From Candidatus Poribacteria bacterium (GTDB lineage Bacteria > Poribacteria > WGA-4E > WGA-3G): a DNA stretch of 64,000 nucleotides. How positions within the stretch are numbered: the stretch's first letter is position 1; every line of letters starts with the position of its first letter. The notes under the pieces were generated by a model. That model saw only the letters and a program-made list of their open reading frames with translations, was not told where the DNA came from and ran no database searches. A program made the translations under genes and the position numbers. Below, one piece after another: positions 10,625-20,618 of the stretch. The stretch lies in contig OZ244048.1 of NCBI GenBank assembly GCA_965215265.1, positions 2,368,001-2,432,000 of the forward strand, written 5' to 3'.

Positions 10625-11838
10625 TGAAGCAACAGCACTTAGGCAATATCTCTGTTTCACACGGTGCACTGCAACAGAATTTTCATCAAATCTTCGGGGG
10701 TTTCCCTGAGTTTATCGTCTCAGCCCCTGGTAGAGTAAATCTCATTGGAGAACATACAGATTACAACGACGGCTACGTGTTTCCAGTCGCGATTGACAAA
10801 TATCTCCACATTGCTGCACGTAAACGCGCGGACAATCAGGTTAAATTATATGCCCGAGATATCAACGAACATTGCCAATTCGAGTTGGTACGTCTTGATG
10901 ACGGGAGCTCATCCATCCAAAACGCGGATACCAGATGGAGCGATTACATAAAAGGAGTTGCCTACCTCTTAAAAGGATCCGGTAGAACCATCATAGGTAT
11001 GGATGCCGTCATTACAGGAGATGTCCCGATTGGTGCCGGGCTTAGTTCCTCTGCTGCGCTAACAGTTGCCGCCGCGCTTGCATTTTTAACCGTCAGCGGC
11101 TCAGATATGCACAGCAATCAACTCGCTGCATTATGTCAACGTACCGAGCACGAGTTTGTTGGAGTCAAGTGCGGTATCATGGACCAGACTATCTGCTTGT
11201 TAGGGCGCGCAGATTATGCCTTGTTTCTTGATTGCCGTTCACTGCAACATGCGCATGTCCCCCTTAACTTGGGCGAGCATGTTATCGTTATTTGCAACAC
11301 CAAAGTAAAACGCGAACTGGCGGCATCTGAATATAACAAGCGGCGAGCTGAATGTGAAAAAGGGGTGGAGATTCTGAGAAAATGGCTTCCTGATATTAGA
11401 GCGCTGCGCGATGTCCGTTTAGCAGATTTCAAGAACTATGAAGGAAAACTCCCTCTATTGACACAAAAGAGATGTCGGTACGTCATTGAAGAGAACGAGC
11501 GTGTGCAAAGTGCTGTCACAGCTGTGAAAGCAGGCATCCTAAAAACCTTCGGCACTTTAATGAATGCCTCACATACCGGACTCCGGGACGATTATGAGGT
11601 GAGCTGCAAAGAATTAAATATACTCACCGAAATCGCACGCAGCACTGACGGCGTCATTGGTACGAGAATGACAGGTGCCGGTTTCGGTGGCTGCACGGTC
11701 ACACTTGTTCACCGGAACGCCGTGGAGACACTACAAACACGCGTGAGAACAGAATACCGACAGCAAACAGGAATTGAACCTGAAGTTTATTTATGCAACG
11801 TTAGTGATGGCGCGACCGTTCGCTGGCTCTCTGAATGA
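10621..11838 (+). CDS. galK: Galactokinase
   Basis: APGRVNLIGEHTDYNDG, PIGAGLSSSAA, CGIMDQ, RMTGAGFGGC. Confidence 0.96.
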   Translation: MMKQQHLGNISVSHGALQQNFHQIFGGFPEFIVSAPGRVNLIGEHTDYNDGYVFPVAIDKYLHIAARKRADNQVKLYARDINEHCQFELVRLDDGSSSIQNADTRWSDYIKGVAYLLKGSGRTIIGMDAVITGDVPIGAGLSSSAALTVAAALAFLTVSGSDMHSNQLAALCQRTEHEFVGVKCGIMDQTICLLGRADYALFLDCRSLQHAHVPLNLGEHVIVICNTKVKRELAASEYNKRRAECEKGVEILRKWLPDIRALRDVRLADFKNYEGKLPLLTQKRCRYVIEENERVQSAVTAVKAGILKTFGTLMNASHTGLRDDYEVSCKELNILTEIARSTDGVIGTRMTGAGFGGCTVTLVHRNAVETLQTRVRTEYRQQTGIEPEVYLCNVSDGATVRWLSE

Positions 11839-11853
11839 GGTGTCTCCGGACCT

Positions 11854-12849
11854 ATGAAATATAGCATCGGAATAGACCTTGGCGGAACCACTATCAAAGC
11901 AGGATTAGTCTCAGCAACCGGTGACATTTTATCCGACTTGATGCTACCGACTCCGGTTGATGATGGCCCAAACGTTGTAGCAGCACAGATTGTTGAAGCT
12001 GTGTGTCAACTTCTCGAAAAAACGGAAACGGAAAAAACAAACAACATCACCGGCATCGGGCTCGGTTCACCAGGACTTATCGTTGCAGAGACAGGTGTAG
12101 TACACTTCTCTCCTAACTTTCCCATCTGGTCGGATGTCCCGCTAGTGGATTACGTTAGGCAGGAATTGGCTGCGCGCATAACCGTAGGTGTCCCGGGCAA
12201 TACCGACGTGCATACCCACTTACCTATTTTTATAGACAATGATGTCAATGTCATGACATTAGGTGAACTCCACTACGGTGCAGGAATCGGATATCAGAAT
12301 ATCGTTGCATTGACGCTCGGCACGGGTGTCGGAGGAGGTATTGCAATAGGCGGAAAGATTTATCACGGTAGCATGAATACCGCTGGAGAACTGGGACATA
12401 CCGTCGTTGAACCAGACGGACGTTCCTGTGGATGTGGCAACCGGGGATGTCTGGAAGCGTACGCCGGCGCGAAAAATATCGTTGAACGTACGCAGCTGGA
12501 GATAGAACGCGGTAGAAAAACCGATTTAGCCCCCAGTCCAGATTTGACACCGGAACGGATAGCAGCAGCCGCAGCAGCAGGAGACAAACTCGCTATTGAA
12601 ATTTTTGCTGAAACTGGGAGATGTATAGGTGTCGCGCTCACCTCGATTGCGCATATTCTTAACCCGCAAATTGCAATCATTGGCGGTGGAATCGCCGCAG
12701 CTGGCGAAAAATTGCTCTTTGAACCGATTCGGGCTGAATTTGACAAACGCACCATGGACATACCCGCACAGATGGAGATTGTCAAAGCACGCCTCGGAAA
12801 TAGTGCCGGCATCGTCGGCGCAGCTAAACTCGCTTTTGATTTCACATAG
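11854..12849 (+). CDS. ROK family sugar kinase (glucokinase-like)
   Basis: GIDLGGT, NDVN, GTGVGGG, GELGH, CGCGNRGCLEAY; no HTH domain. Confidence 0.9.
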   Translation: MKYSIGIDLGGTTIKAGLVSATGDILSDLMLPTPVDDGPNVVAAQIVEAVCQLLEKTETEKTNNITGIGLGSPGLIVAETGVVHFSPNFPIWSDVPLVDYVRQELAARITVGVPGNTDVHTHLPIFIDNDVNVMTLGELHYGAGIGYQNIVALTLGTGVGGGIAIGGKIYHGSMNTAGELGHTVVEPDGRSCGCGNRGCLEAYAGAKNIVERTQLEIERGRKTDLAPSPDLTPERIAAAAAAGDKLAIEIFAETGRCIGVALTSIAHILNPQIAIIGGGIAAAGEKLLFEPIRAEFDKRTMDIPAQMEIVKARLGNSAGIVGAAKLAFDFT

Positions 12850-12859
12850 AGGAAAAAAG

Positions 12860-13486
12860 GTGAAAACTACTTTAAAAATTTTAATCATTTTCAGTCTATC
12901 AATTGCAACCTTGAGTTGTTCAAAGGTACCCGACTTCGTCAAGAATACTTTCCAACCGGAGGTGATTGTCCCGGTATTTGATCCCGATGCTACGATTATG
13001 CCGCAAACAGGCACCGTCGCCTATGTGAGAAACGGCGTGAAAGCGATGGCAGTCCCCCTCAACGACGTGAAAGCCGTCGATGCGTTCGGTATCTTTATCT
13101 ATAATGGAACAAACCACTGGATTTCATTTAAAAAGAAGGATTGCCAAATGCTTGACGGCACCGGGAAAGTTACCAAACCGCTAGATAAATCACAAGAATC
13201 TTTTTATCTCAAGAGAAATTTCAGACCGAAGCTCCCGCCTGAATTTGCAGCAGAAGTTTTTCGTTGGGATAAAGCCATTCGCATACAAGGCGATCCGGCA
13301 ATACTCCCCAGGGAAGATATTGAGAAAACCAATGTCATGCCACGGAAATACGCCCGATTTTTCCTCTATTTCCCCAAGCGGAGCGTTAATTATAGTAACT
13401 TGAGAATTATTGTCCCCAGAGTTACGAGCGACTTTAATGAACAGCAAACAACGTTCGTTTTCAGGTTTAAGGTTCAGAGAGGGTAA
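12860..13486 (+). CDS. Hypothetical lipoprotein
   Basis: GTG at 12860 after GAGG; MKTTLKILIIFSLSIATLSC lipobox. Confidence 0.7.
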   Translation: MKTTLKILIIFSLSIATLSCSKVPDFVKNTFQPEVIVPVFDPDATIMPQTGTVAYVRNGVKAMAVPLNDVKAVDAFGIFIYNGTNHWISFKKKDCQMLDGTGKVTKPLDKSQESFYLKRNFRPKLPPEFAAEVFRWDKAIRIQGDPAILPREDIEKTNVMPRKYARFFLYFPKRSVNYSNLRIIVPRVTSDFNEQQTTFVFRFKVQRG

Positions 13487-14537
13487 CCTTTTCGTTCAGA
13501 GACGCGTTGCAGGCCATACAACAACTTTTCTCGTATTGCTCCTGCTGTGTGGTTGGGGTGGCTGTACCTTGCCCGAAACCGAAAACGGAAATTCTATTGA
13601 AATTCTAACCTCAAACCAAGAACGTAAAGCCCCACCTATATTAGATATTAACTATGTTCAAACGCTCGGTAGGCCCGGACAAGGTCCTGCTGAATTCAGG
13701 ATGCCTACCGGCCTTGCACTGGATGGGCAAGGTGGCATTTACACTGCGGATACTGGGAACAATCGAGTGCAATTGATTGATACCTATGGAAATTTCATCG
13801 CAGAATTCGGGAGTAGAGGATGGCGTATAGGAGAATTCGACACGCCGACGGACATTGCCATCAGCTTCCAGCGGAGTTACCGTCTCTATGTTGCGGATAC
13901 GGGCAATAATCGAATTCAATATTGCAATCTTGTCGAAGGCATCTTCTATCCGCTACAAGTAGAATCGTCCTCTGGCGGCGGTTCAGAAATAGACACAGGA
14001 ACTATCGTGCTTGACCGGCCGGAAGGTATCGGTATCGGACGAAACGGCGATGTCTTTGTAGTTGACACCGGAAACCATCGCTGGATCCGATTTAACATAC
14101 ACGGTATACCAGTACTGACACGAGGCAATTTCGGCAGCGGGAAGGCGCATCTCTGGAATGCCACAGACATCACCGTTGACACGAAAGGCAATATCTATGT
14201 CGTGGATACCGGGAACCATCTTATAAAAAAATACGATTTTAGCGGCAATCCAATCGGCGTATGGGGTGGCGAAGGGAATACACTCGGGCAGTTTCGAGAG
14301 CCTAAAAGCATCGCACTTGATGCTTGGAATTACCTCTATGTCACAGACAGTGCGAATCAACGAATCCAAGTTTTCACGGATGACGGCAAGAGCATCACAG
14401 AATTTGGTACACCAACCTTGCTGGAACCGGCCGGTATCGCTGTTGCCAAAAATGGGCGCGTCTTTGTCAGCGACGCATCAGCCAATGACATCAAGGTGTT
14501 TCAGGTTATCTTTGCAAAAAACTTCTCGGAGGAGTAA
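13410..14537 (+). CDS. NHL-repeat beta-propeller (lipo)protein
   Basis: About 6 repeats of F..P.G/DIA.D..G.IYVADTGN.R(I/V)Q; hydrophobic segment ending WGGC; start uncertain. Confidence 0.85.
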   Translation: MSPELRATLMNSKQRSFSGLRFREGNLFVQRRVAGHTTTFLVLLLLCGWGGCTLPETENGNSIEILTSNQERKAPPILDINYVQTLGRPGQGPAEFRMPTGLALDGQGGIYTADTGNNRVQLIDTYGNFIAEFGSRGWRIGEFDTPTDIAISFQRSYRLYVADTGNNRIQYCNLVEGIFYPLQVESSSGGGSEIDTGTIVLDRPEGIGIGRNGDVFVVDTGNHRWIRFNIHGIPVLTRGNFGSGKAHLWNATDITVDTKGNIYVVDTGNHLIKKYDFSGNPIGVWGGEGNTLGQFREPKSIALDAWNYLYVTDSANQRIQVFTDDGKSITEFGTPTLLEPAGIAVAKNGRVFVSDASANDIKVFQVIFAKNFSEE

Positions 14538-14556
14538 TAATGAATGGTCTTCGGCT

Positions 14557-17500
14557 TTGCGTATTCCTATCTTTTTGTTCGCATTCTGTTTATGCATCGT
14601 CCCACGCGCAGAGCCGGAAGTAGACGTCCCTCTTCCTAAAAATGCAGAAAATGATGGAGATGATGTTCTCCAACTTCCAACCTTCTCTATCCTGCAGAAA
14701 AAGGAAACGTTTTTATTAAAAGTGACATCGACAACTGCCGATGAGATGTACGAATCTGCAGAATCGACTCAGAAACTAGACCGGAAACAAGAATTCACTG
14801 TTCGATATCCTCCGATCCTCCCGAACAGTGAACAGGTAAAGGACTCCACCGGAAAGACCCTGGTCCGGGGTGTAGATTATCAGATAGATTACTATCCCGG
14901 CAAAGTTACGCTGAAAGCGGAGAGCCTCTTCCTATCCAACGTCCAAGATAAATCACCCCTAAAGATTACGATAACTTACCGCACTTTACCGTTTGCCATT
15001 AAACCAATCTATAAGCGAGACCTTTACGGAGAAACCGGTGTGGCAGAGGAACCGAATGGAATAAACGGCGTGCCCGATACCCCTGGAATTTCGACTGACA
15101 CAGAACAACGTACAGAAAGACAAATAGGCGATACTGCTCCGCAACCAAGTTCACAGTTAGCGGTTTCTGGGAGTCAGACGTTCGGTATTTCGGTAGGGAG
15201 CGGCCGCTCCTTGTCACAAAACCAAGAACTTCGCCTTAACGTAGAGGGCAAAGTCTCGGATAACATAACCGTCCTCGCCCGGCTGTCTGATCAGGATTTG
15301 CCCATCCAGCCAGAGGGAACAACAGAAAACATCCAAGACATTGACCAGAAATTAATTCGCATCACGCATCCACATGTCAGCGGGACTTTAGGCGACTTTG
15401 AGGGGAGCCTCGGTAATACTGAGTTTATCTTCTTCCCACGCGCTTTGGAGGGTGTCCAAGTTGAAGGAGATTTCAGATGGGGGCGTTTTCACCTTATCCC
15501 GAGTAGCATTCCCAAGGGAAAATCCACGAGTATTGTTATCCCAGGAGAGGAGGGCCGCGGTGAATATAGACTGACTGCGGATGCACAGTATGTCATCGTC
15601 AAAGCCGGCAGCGAAATTGTCTGGCTTAATGGCGAACGCATGCGCCGCGGCGAAAACAACGATTACGTCATCCGTGACTACGGAGATGCAATTATTGAAT
15701 TCAATAGCAAACATCTGATAACGAGCAACGACGTAATTCGAGTCGATTTTGAATATATTCCTGAAGACCGGGCTTATCAGCAGAATCTTTACGGCATCAA
15801 TTCGATCTTCCGCCTCCCCGGTGACAGGTTAACCGTTGGTGCGTCTTATGCTGTTGAGGCAGATTTGAATCAACCTGCACAGGTTTTAATCACTTTTGAT
15901 GAAGAAGATGTGACAGCCCTACGTCAAAATAGGCTTGACCCGGATGGCGACGGGGTTGCACTCACCGCACCACAGAAACATACTATTTGGGGCCTGGAAA
16001 GCCGGTTGAACCTCACAGAAGAGACATGGCTTGAAGGACAATTCGCTTACAGCGCTGTCGACAAAAATACCTATTCCAATATCGACCGGAAAGAAGTGAG
16101 TCAGGCGTGGAAACTGATTGGATATTCCGATTGGGATTTTCCAATACATGATGGCAAATTCCGTCCGCAGATAGCAGCTAATTTGGATGTCCGCGCCCTG
16201 GATGCTAAGTTCGTCCCAATCGGTGCGTCTAGCAGCAACCGCACGCGCGCCGGTTATGAAACGCAATATGCCAAGGAAGGGTTTGATGACACCTTTTTAT
16301 TCCAGAATGCAACGGGCGGCTATGGGAATACGGCCGGGCGTTCAACAATCAACGAGCACGATGAATTAATCACGAATTTTGACCTGCGAGGGATACCTAT
16401 GTCTTGGCTTGAAATAACAGCAGGTGTCGGTAGAACTGAGGAAAAAGCACAACAAACGCTAACGCCTCGAGACGAAAGCGAGCAGGATACAATTGGGGAA
16501 ACAACCGACACAACCATCCGCAATAATTTCAATTGGGGTGTTAACTTCAACCGGCGTGCAGGTAGACAAAGTCGGCTCTCCGCTGGCTCTCTGCAACAGG
16601 GGGTATCTTCAAAATACACAGCGCAAAACGCCCAAGTACAGCCTTCGCCTCGGGTGCAACCTACCGAACCAACACGTACAAGGCACCTGCTAAGTTTGTT
16701 ACCTCATATTCGATGGAATGACTATAGAAGCAACTCACAGATACAAGTCGTTAGTAGCGCGCAAGATTTCCGCAAATCGCGGCAGGAAGGGAATCTCTCC
16801 TATCCGCTCGGTCCCTTTGAAGTCATGGGTACGCTCAGCCGTTTAGAATCAAAAGATGCCGTACAGGCAACGCGCAACCGCAAGCGGAACCGCTCAACAG
16901 GACGTATCAATCTGGTAGATTTTAAATGGGCCTCGTTCAATACGAGTTACGAACTTGAGCGCGCTTTTGCCAAAGAACCGCTACTCACATTGGATGGCGA
17001 GACGTTAGGCATCACAGATTGGCAGAACCACACCACCGCCAGGACCTGGAAAATTGGTATCTTTTCACAACAAGGGAAGTGGGGGAATCTCTCGACAAAT
17101 CTTGCCCGTAGGATACTGAAAGCGCATACGGAACTCGGTAGCGATATCACAACGCAATTGGCGGATATCAACGTCCATCTTACACCTTTAAGCCGTGCTA
17201 TTGACGTTGAGGTTACCTACGAACTGGATAAAAAATTGACAACCCAACGGCGGGAAATCTATACCGACATCCACCCGCACACTGGACATAGACTTCAACC
17301 GGGCGAGGGGGCGTACGTGAAACTGGACGACTTGCACTATGTAGAAGATTTCGAGGAAGGTACCTACATAAAAATCTATCAAAACGTCGGCGATAAACCG
17401 ACTACAGCAATCGATGCAGAGTTCCGTTTCCGTTTTCAGCCGCGGCAGTTTTTTGCTCGTCGTGCTCGGGCCCGGGTGAATCAAGCAAGCCTATCTACAC

Positions 17501-18405
17501 GCGATGCTGCTCCGTTATTAAGAACGCAAACCGTGCCTAACGCATCTACCAACCGTGTAGATACAACCCCTAATCAGCGTAATTCAGTGGAGTGGTTGCT
17601 CACCGCACTGAGGGGACAAACGCGTTTCTGGCTCACTGAAGAACAAGAAGCAGAGGATGCGATTTCTCTCTATCTGCTCCGAAACCTGCAAGATACACAC
17701 ACACTTTTCGGGCGAGTCAACCAGCACCATCGGCTTGAGTTTTCACCCTCACCAAAATTCAGCCTTGAATTCAACCTGCGTGTCGGGCGAATCCTTAACC
17801 GACGGATTAACACACAGGAACGCCGCAGGCACCACCGAACGTGGGACATAAGCCTTTCAATAAATCCAACGCAACGCCTGTCTGTTGGCGGTACTTGGGA
17901 ACAACTCCGAGAAACGGAGAAGTATAGCCAACTTTTCCTGACACCTATTGGCGAGGATTTGGAGCAGACAGTACCGCCTACCCCTATCTCCGACCTTCGT
18001 CAATTTGAGCAGAATACTGAACTGAGCCTCCAATACGAATTGAGCAGCTCGCTCCGCTGGAGCGGGCTCGGCGGATACAGACGAACAACCGATCGCGAGT
18101 ATCTCGACGAAAATCCGGCAGCCAGAACGCGTACTTTTTCATTTGAGAACCGTATCACCTATCGGCTCCTCGGCAAAGGACGGTTCGATATTAACTATAA
18201 ATTGGGCCATGGGGCGAGTGAAGGCGGCGTTCCATTTGCGCAATACTATTTTTACGAAGGCATCAGCCATGAAGTGCGCATCATCGCAGACTATAAGGTC
18301 CGGAAATTCACAGACCTCCTGTTACGTACTAACTACCGTTTGCTATCAACGAAGCAGAGGAGACCTGAACACCGCTTGGAGATGAACGTCAGTGCGGCAC
18401 TCTAA
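14557..18405 (+). CDS. Large exported protein, probable outer-membrane beta-barrel with SprA-like DY(x)IDY segments
   Basis: Signal-like N-terminus; SEQV..G..LVRGVDYQIDY..GKVTL and GSE.VWLNGERMRRG..NDYVI segments; many amphipathic beta strands; start ambiguous (see findings). Confidence 0.65.
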   Translation: MRIPIFLFAFCLCIVPRAEPEVDVPLPKNAENDGDDVLQLPTFSILQKKETFLLKVTSTTADEMYESAESTQKLDRKQEFTVRYPPILPNSEQVKDSTGKTLVRGVDYQIDYYPGKVTLKAESLFLSNVQDKSPLKITITYRTLPFAIKPIYKRDLYGETGVAEEPNGINGVPDTPGISTDTEQRTERQIGDTAPQPSSQLAVSGSQTFGISVGSGRSLSQNQELRLNVEGKVSDNITVLARLSDQDLPIQPEGTTENIQDIDQKLIRITHPHVSGTLGDFEGSLGNTEFIFFPRALEGVQVEGDFRWGRFHLIPSSIPKGKSTSIVIPGEEGRGEYRLTADAQYVIVKAGSEIVWLNGERMRRGENNDYVIRDYGDAIIEFNSKHLITSNDVIRVDFEYIPEDRAYQQNLYGINSIFRLPGDRLTVGASYAVEADLNQPAQVLITFDEEDVTALRQNRLDPDGDGVALTAPQKHTIWGLESRLNLTEETWLEGQFAYSAVDKNTYSNIDRKEVSQAWKLIGYSDWDFPIHDGKFRPQIAANLDVRALDAKFVPIGASSSNRTRAGYETQYAKEGFDDTFLFQNATGGYGNTAGRSTINEHDELITNFDLRGIPMSWLEITAGVGRTEEKAQQTLTPRDESEQDTIGETTDTTIRNNFNWGVNFNRRAGRQSRLSAGSLQQGVSSKYTAQNAQVQPSPRVQPTEPTRTRHLLSLLPHIRWNDYRSNSQIQVVSSAQDFRKSRQEGNLSYPLGPFEVMGTLSRLESKDAVQATRNRKRNRSTGRINLVDFKWASFNTSYELERAFAKEPLLTLDGETLGITDWQNHTTARTWKIGIFSQQGKWGNLSTNLARRILKAHTELGSDITTQLADINVHLTPLSRAIDVEVTYELDKKLTTQRREIYTDIHPHTGHRLQPGEGAYVKLDDLHYVEDFEEGTYIKIYQNVGDKPTTAIDAEFRFRFQPRQFFARRARARVNQASLSTRDAAPLLRTQTVPNASTNRVDTTPNQRNSVEWLLTALRGQTRFWLTEEQEAEDAISLYLLRNLQDTHTLFGRVNQHHRLEFSPSPKFSLEFNLRVGRILNRRINTQERRRHHRTWDISLSINPTQRLSVGGTWEQLRETEKYSQLFLTPIGEDLEQTVPPTPISDLRQFEQNTELSLQYELSSSLRWSGLGGYRRTTDREYLDENPAARTRTFSFENRITYRLLGKGRFDINYKLGHGASEGGVPFAQYYFYEGISHEVRIIADYKVRKFTDLLLRTNYRLLSTKQRRPEHRLEMNVSAAL

Positions 18406-18846
18406 ATGATTTCAGTATCGCGGGAGGGTGTTTTTCAGAAGTATAACGATTCCTCAAACCTTTTCTTTTGCCACTCCGCCCAGAAGTGCACGCTGAAGAC
18501 CAAAAGAAGGCAGCCCAGAAGGGTCAGCATCACAACATTTTCATACAAAATGCAATTTTTTTTACACTTTATGAATATTAGACGATATTTCCCGCAAAAT
18601 GCAAATCTTTTTATAGTAATGTGAGTTTGATATAGGCCCAATGAGTTTGGCCGCAGCCAGCAAACTTCTCGTGTTCTTATAAGTTATAACGGAAGTTTGA
18701 TATAAGCGAAGTGATTTTGTGGTATCATCTGCTGTGTGAAAATAATACCTATTGGATAAATTTTGTTTTCTCCAAAGACTTTTCCGCGTTTTCGCATGTT
18801 TCTTCGGGCAAACTGAGAACAGAAGCGCTGTCTTTTTTTTCCCGGC

Positions 18847-18875
18847 TTGACAAAATAAAAAAAACTGTATAAAAT
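18847..18875 (+). promoter_or_regulatory. Sigma70-type promoter of GH32 gene
   Basis: TTGACA-N17-TAAAAT. Confidence 0.7.
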
Positions 18876-18919
18876 GATATATCAGCACAAATATAGACTT
18901 GCAAGGAAAGGGAGACCTG

Positions 18920-20266
18920 ATGATTCAAACCGCTTATAAAGAAACATATCGTCCGCAATTCCACTTCACACCGAAAATGAATTGGACGAACGATCCGAAC
19001 GGCTTGATTTACTACAAAGGTGAGTTCCACCTCTTCTTTCAACACAATCCGTTCGGCATTGATTGGGGGAACATGACATGGGGGCATGCTGTTAGCACGG
19101 ACCTGGTTCATTGGAAACAACTCCCGCACGCGATACATCCGGATGAGCTCGGCACAATTTTCTCTGGATCTGGAGTCGTAGATTGGAAAAATACTGCTGG
19201 GTTCCAAACCGGAGATGAGGCGGTGCTTGTTAATATCTATACTTCTGCCGGGGGGCATGCTCCGGAACCGGTACCTTTTACGCAAAGTATCGCTTATAGC
19301 AATGACCGGGGCAGAAGTTGGACAAAATATGAAAGTAATCCTGTCCTTGAACACATCGTAGGAAGCAACCGCGATCCGAAAGTGATCTGGCATGAGCCGA
19401 CACAAAAGTGGGTCATGGCACTGTATCTAGAGGAGAACGACTATGCCCTATTTGGTTCGCCAAACTTGAAAGAGTGGAGCCGGCTCTCTGAGCTTCAAAT
19501 CCCGGATACAGAATGCCCTGACATTTTCGAGCTGCCGGTCGACGGAGATTCAGAAAATACCAAGTGGGTGTTCTGGGGTGCTGCCGGCAAATATTACATC
19601 GGGGATTTTGATGGCACAACCTTCACGCCAGACGACGATGCTCTCCGTGCAGACTATGGTGCTAATTTTTATGCTGCACAAACATGGAGCGATGTGCCTG
19701 AATCAGATGGTAGACGTATCCAAATCGCCTGGATGAGTGGCAGCAAGCCGCCAGAGATGCCTTTCAATCAGCAGATGAGTTTTCCTTGCGAATTGACACT
19801 GCGGACAACGCCAGAGGGGATACGGTTGCATCGAGAACCGGTTGCCGAAATAGAAAACATTCATGCGTATACGCATACGTGGAGCAATCTTGCACTTAAC
19901 CCTGGTGAAGATATACTTGCAGGCTTGACAGGCGAATTCTTTGATATACGCGTTGAAGTGGCGTTAAACGATGCGACTGCTTTCGGCTTCAAAATTCGCG
20001 GACAAGACATCCGGTACGATGTCGCACAGCAGGAGCTAACTTTCCTTGAGCGGCGTGGACCTCTTACTCCACGAAATGGGGAAATTCAGCTGCAAATTCT
20101 TGTAGATCGTATCTCTATAGAGGCATTCGGCAATAATGGCGAACTTTCTATGACTTCCTATTTCGTACCAGACTTGGAGAACGCAGAGGTAGGAATATAC
20201 GCGGAAGGCGGTACTGCAACGTTGGTATCGCTAAAGGTTCATGAATTGAAGTCGGCGTGGGTATAA
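18920..20266 (+). CDS. GH32 levanase / beta-fructofuranosidase (no signal peptide)
   Basis: WTNDPNG, WGHAVS, FSGS, RDP, ECPD, DYG..FYA motifs. Confidence 0.92.
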   Translation: MIQTAYKETYRPQFHFTPKMNWTNDPNGLIYYKGEFHLFFQHNPFGIDWGNMTWGHAVSTDLVHWKQLPHAIHPDELGTIFSGSGVVDWKNTAGFQTGDEAVLVNIYTSAGGHAPEPVPFTQSIAYSNDRGRSWTKYESNPVLEHIVGSNRDPKVIWHEPTQKWVMALYLEENDYALFGSPNLKEWSRLSELQIPDTECPDIFELPVDGDSENTKWVFWGAAGKYYIGDFDGTTFTPDDDALRADYGANFYAAQTWSDVPESDGRRIQIAWMSGSKPPEMPFNQQMSFPCELTLRTTPEGIRLHREPVAEIENIHAYTHTWSNLALNPGEDILAGLTGEFFDIRVEVALNDATAFGFKIRGQDIRYDVAQQELTFLERRGPLTPRNGEIQLQILVDRISIEAFGNNGELSMTSYFVPDLENAEVGIYAEGGTATLVSLKVHELKSAWV

Positions 20267-20284
20267 GCAGTGCTTTCCGTTGTG

Positions 20285-20312
20285 AGGCAGGAGTTGTTAC
20301 GCCTGCTTTTTT
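20285..20312 (+). terminator. Probable intrinsic terminator after GH32
   Basis: AGGCAGG/CCTGCTT stem followed by a T run. Confidence 0.55.
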
Positions 20313-20419
20313 CTTACTTATAGTTAGTAAAGTTTCAGAATTAACCGGACACCTTCGCTCGGCGTGCTTTAATGACGATTACGAATGTCATCCGGGAATG
20401 TCCTCACCCCCTTATCAGG

Positions 20420-20570
20420 AGACAGTGAGTTTACCGTCCGCACCGGGTTGTCTGCAGTGCCTGCTGCACGCCTGCGTTGGAGACTTCTTCAGTTCCGAGC
20501 ATCGCCACGGCGGCTGTTAGGTCCTGCGTTGTTGAACTCAGATCCGGTTGCTCAACTGATGACGGTTTTG
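20420..20570 (-). pseudogene. Decayed, internally deleted copy of the 3' end of the 21896-26068 gene
   Basis: Three collinear blocks match 21930-22205, e.g. cgggttgtctgcag..ctgctgcac.cctgcgttggagac.tcttca. Confidence 0.75.
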
Positions 20571-20618
20571 TCATCCTTGCCGCGTCCGAGTATCAAGGGA
20601 CGGTGGCTCTCCGTGATG

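Noticed and set aside
14266-14556. N-terminal extension of the 1379-aa ORF in the track
   Set aside because: Overlaps the NHL gene in another frame; the signal peptide begins near 14540-14557.
18435-18530. 31-aa hydrophobic minus-strand ORF (MLTLLGCLLLVFSVHFWAEW...), type I toxin-like
   Set aside because: No RBS and no identifiable antisense RNA; cannot be supported.
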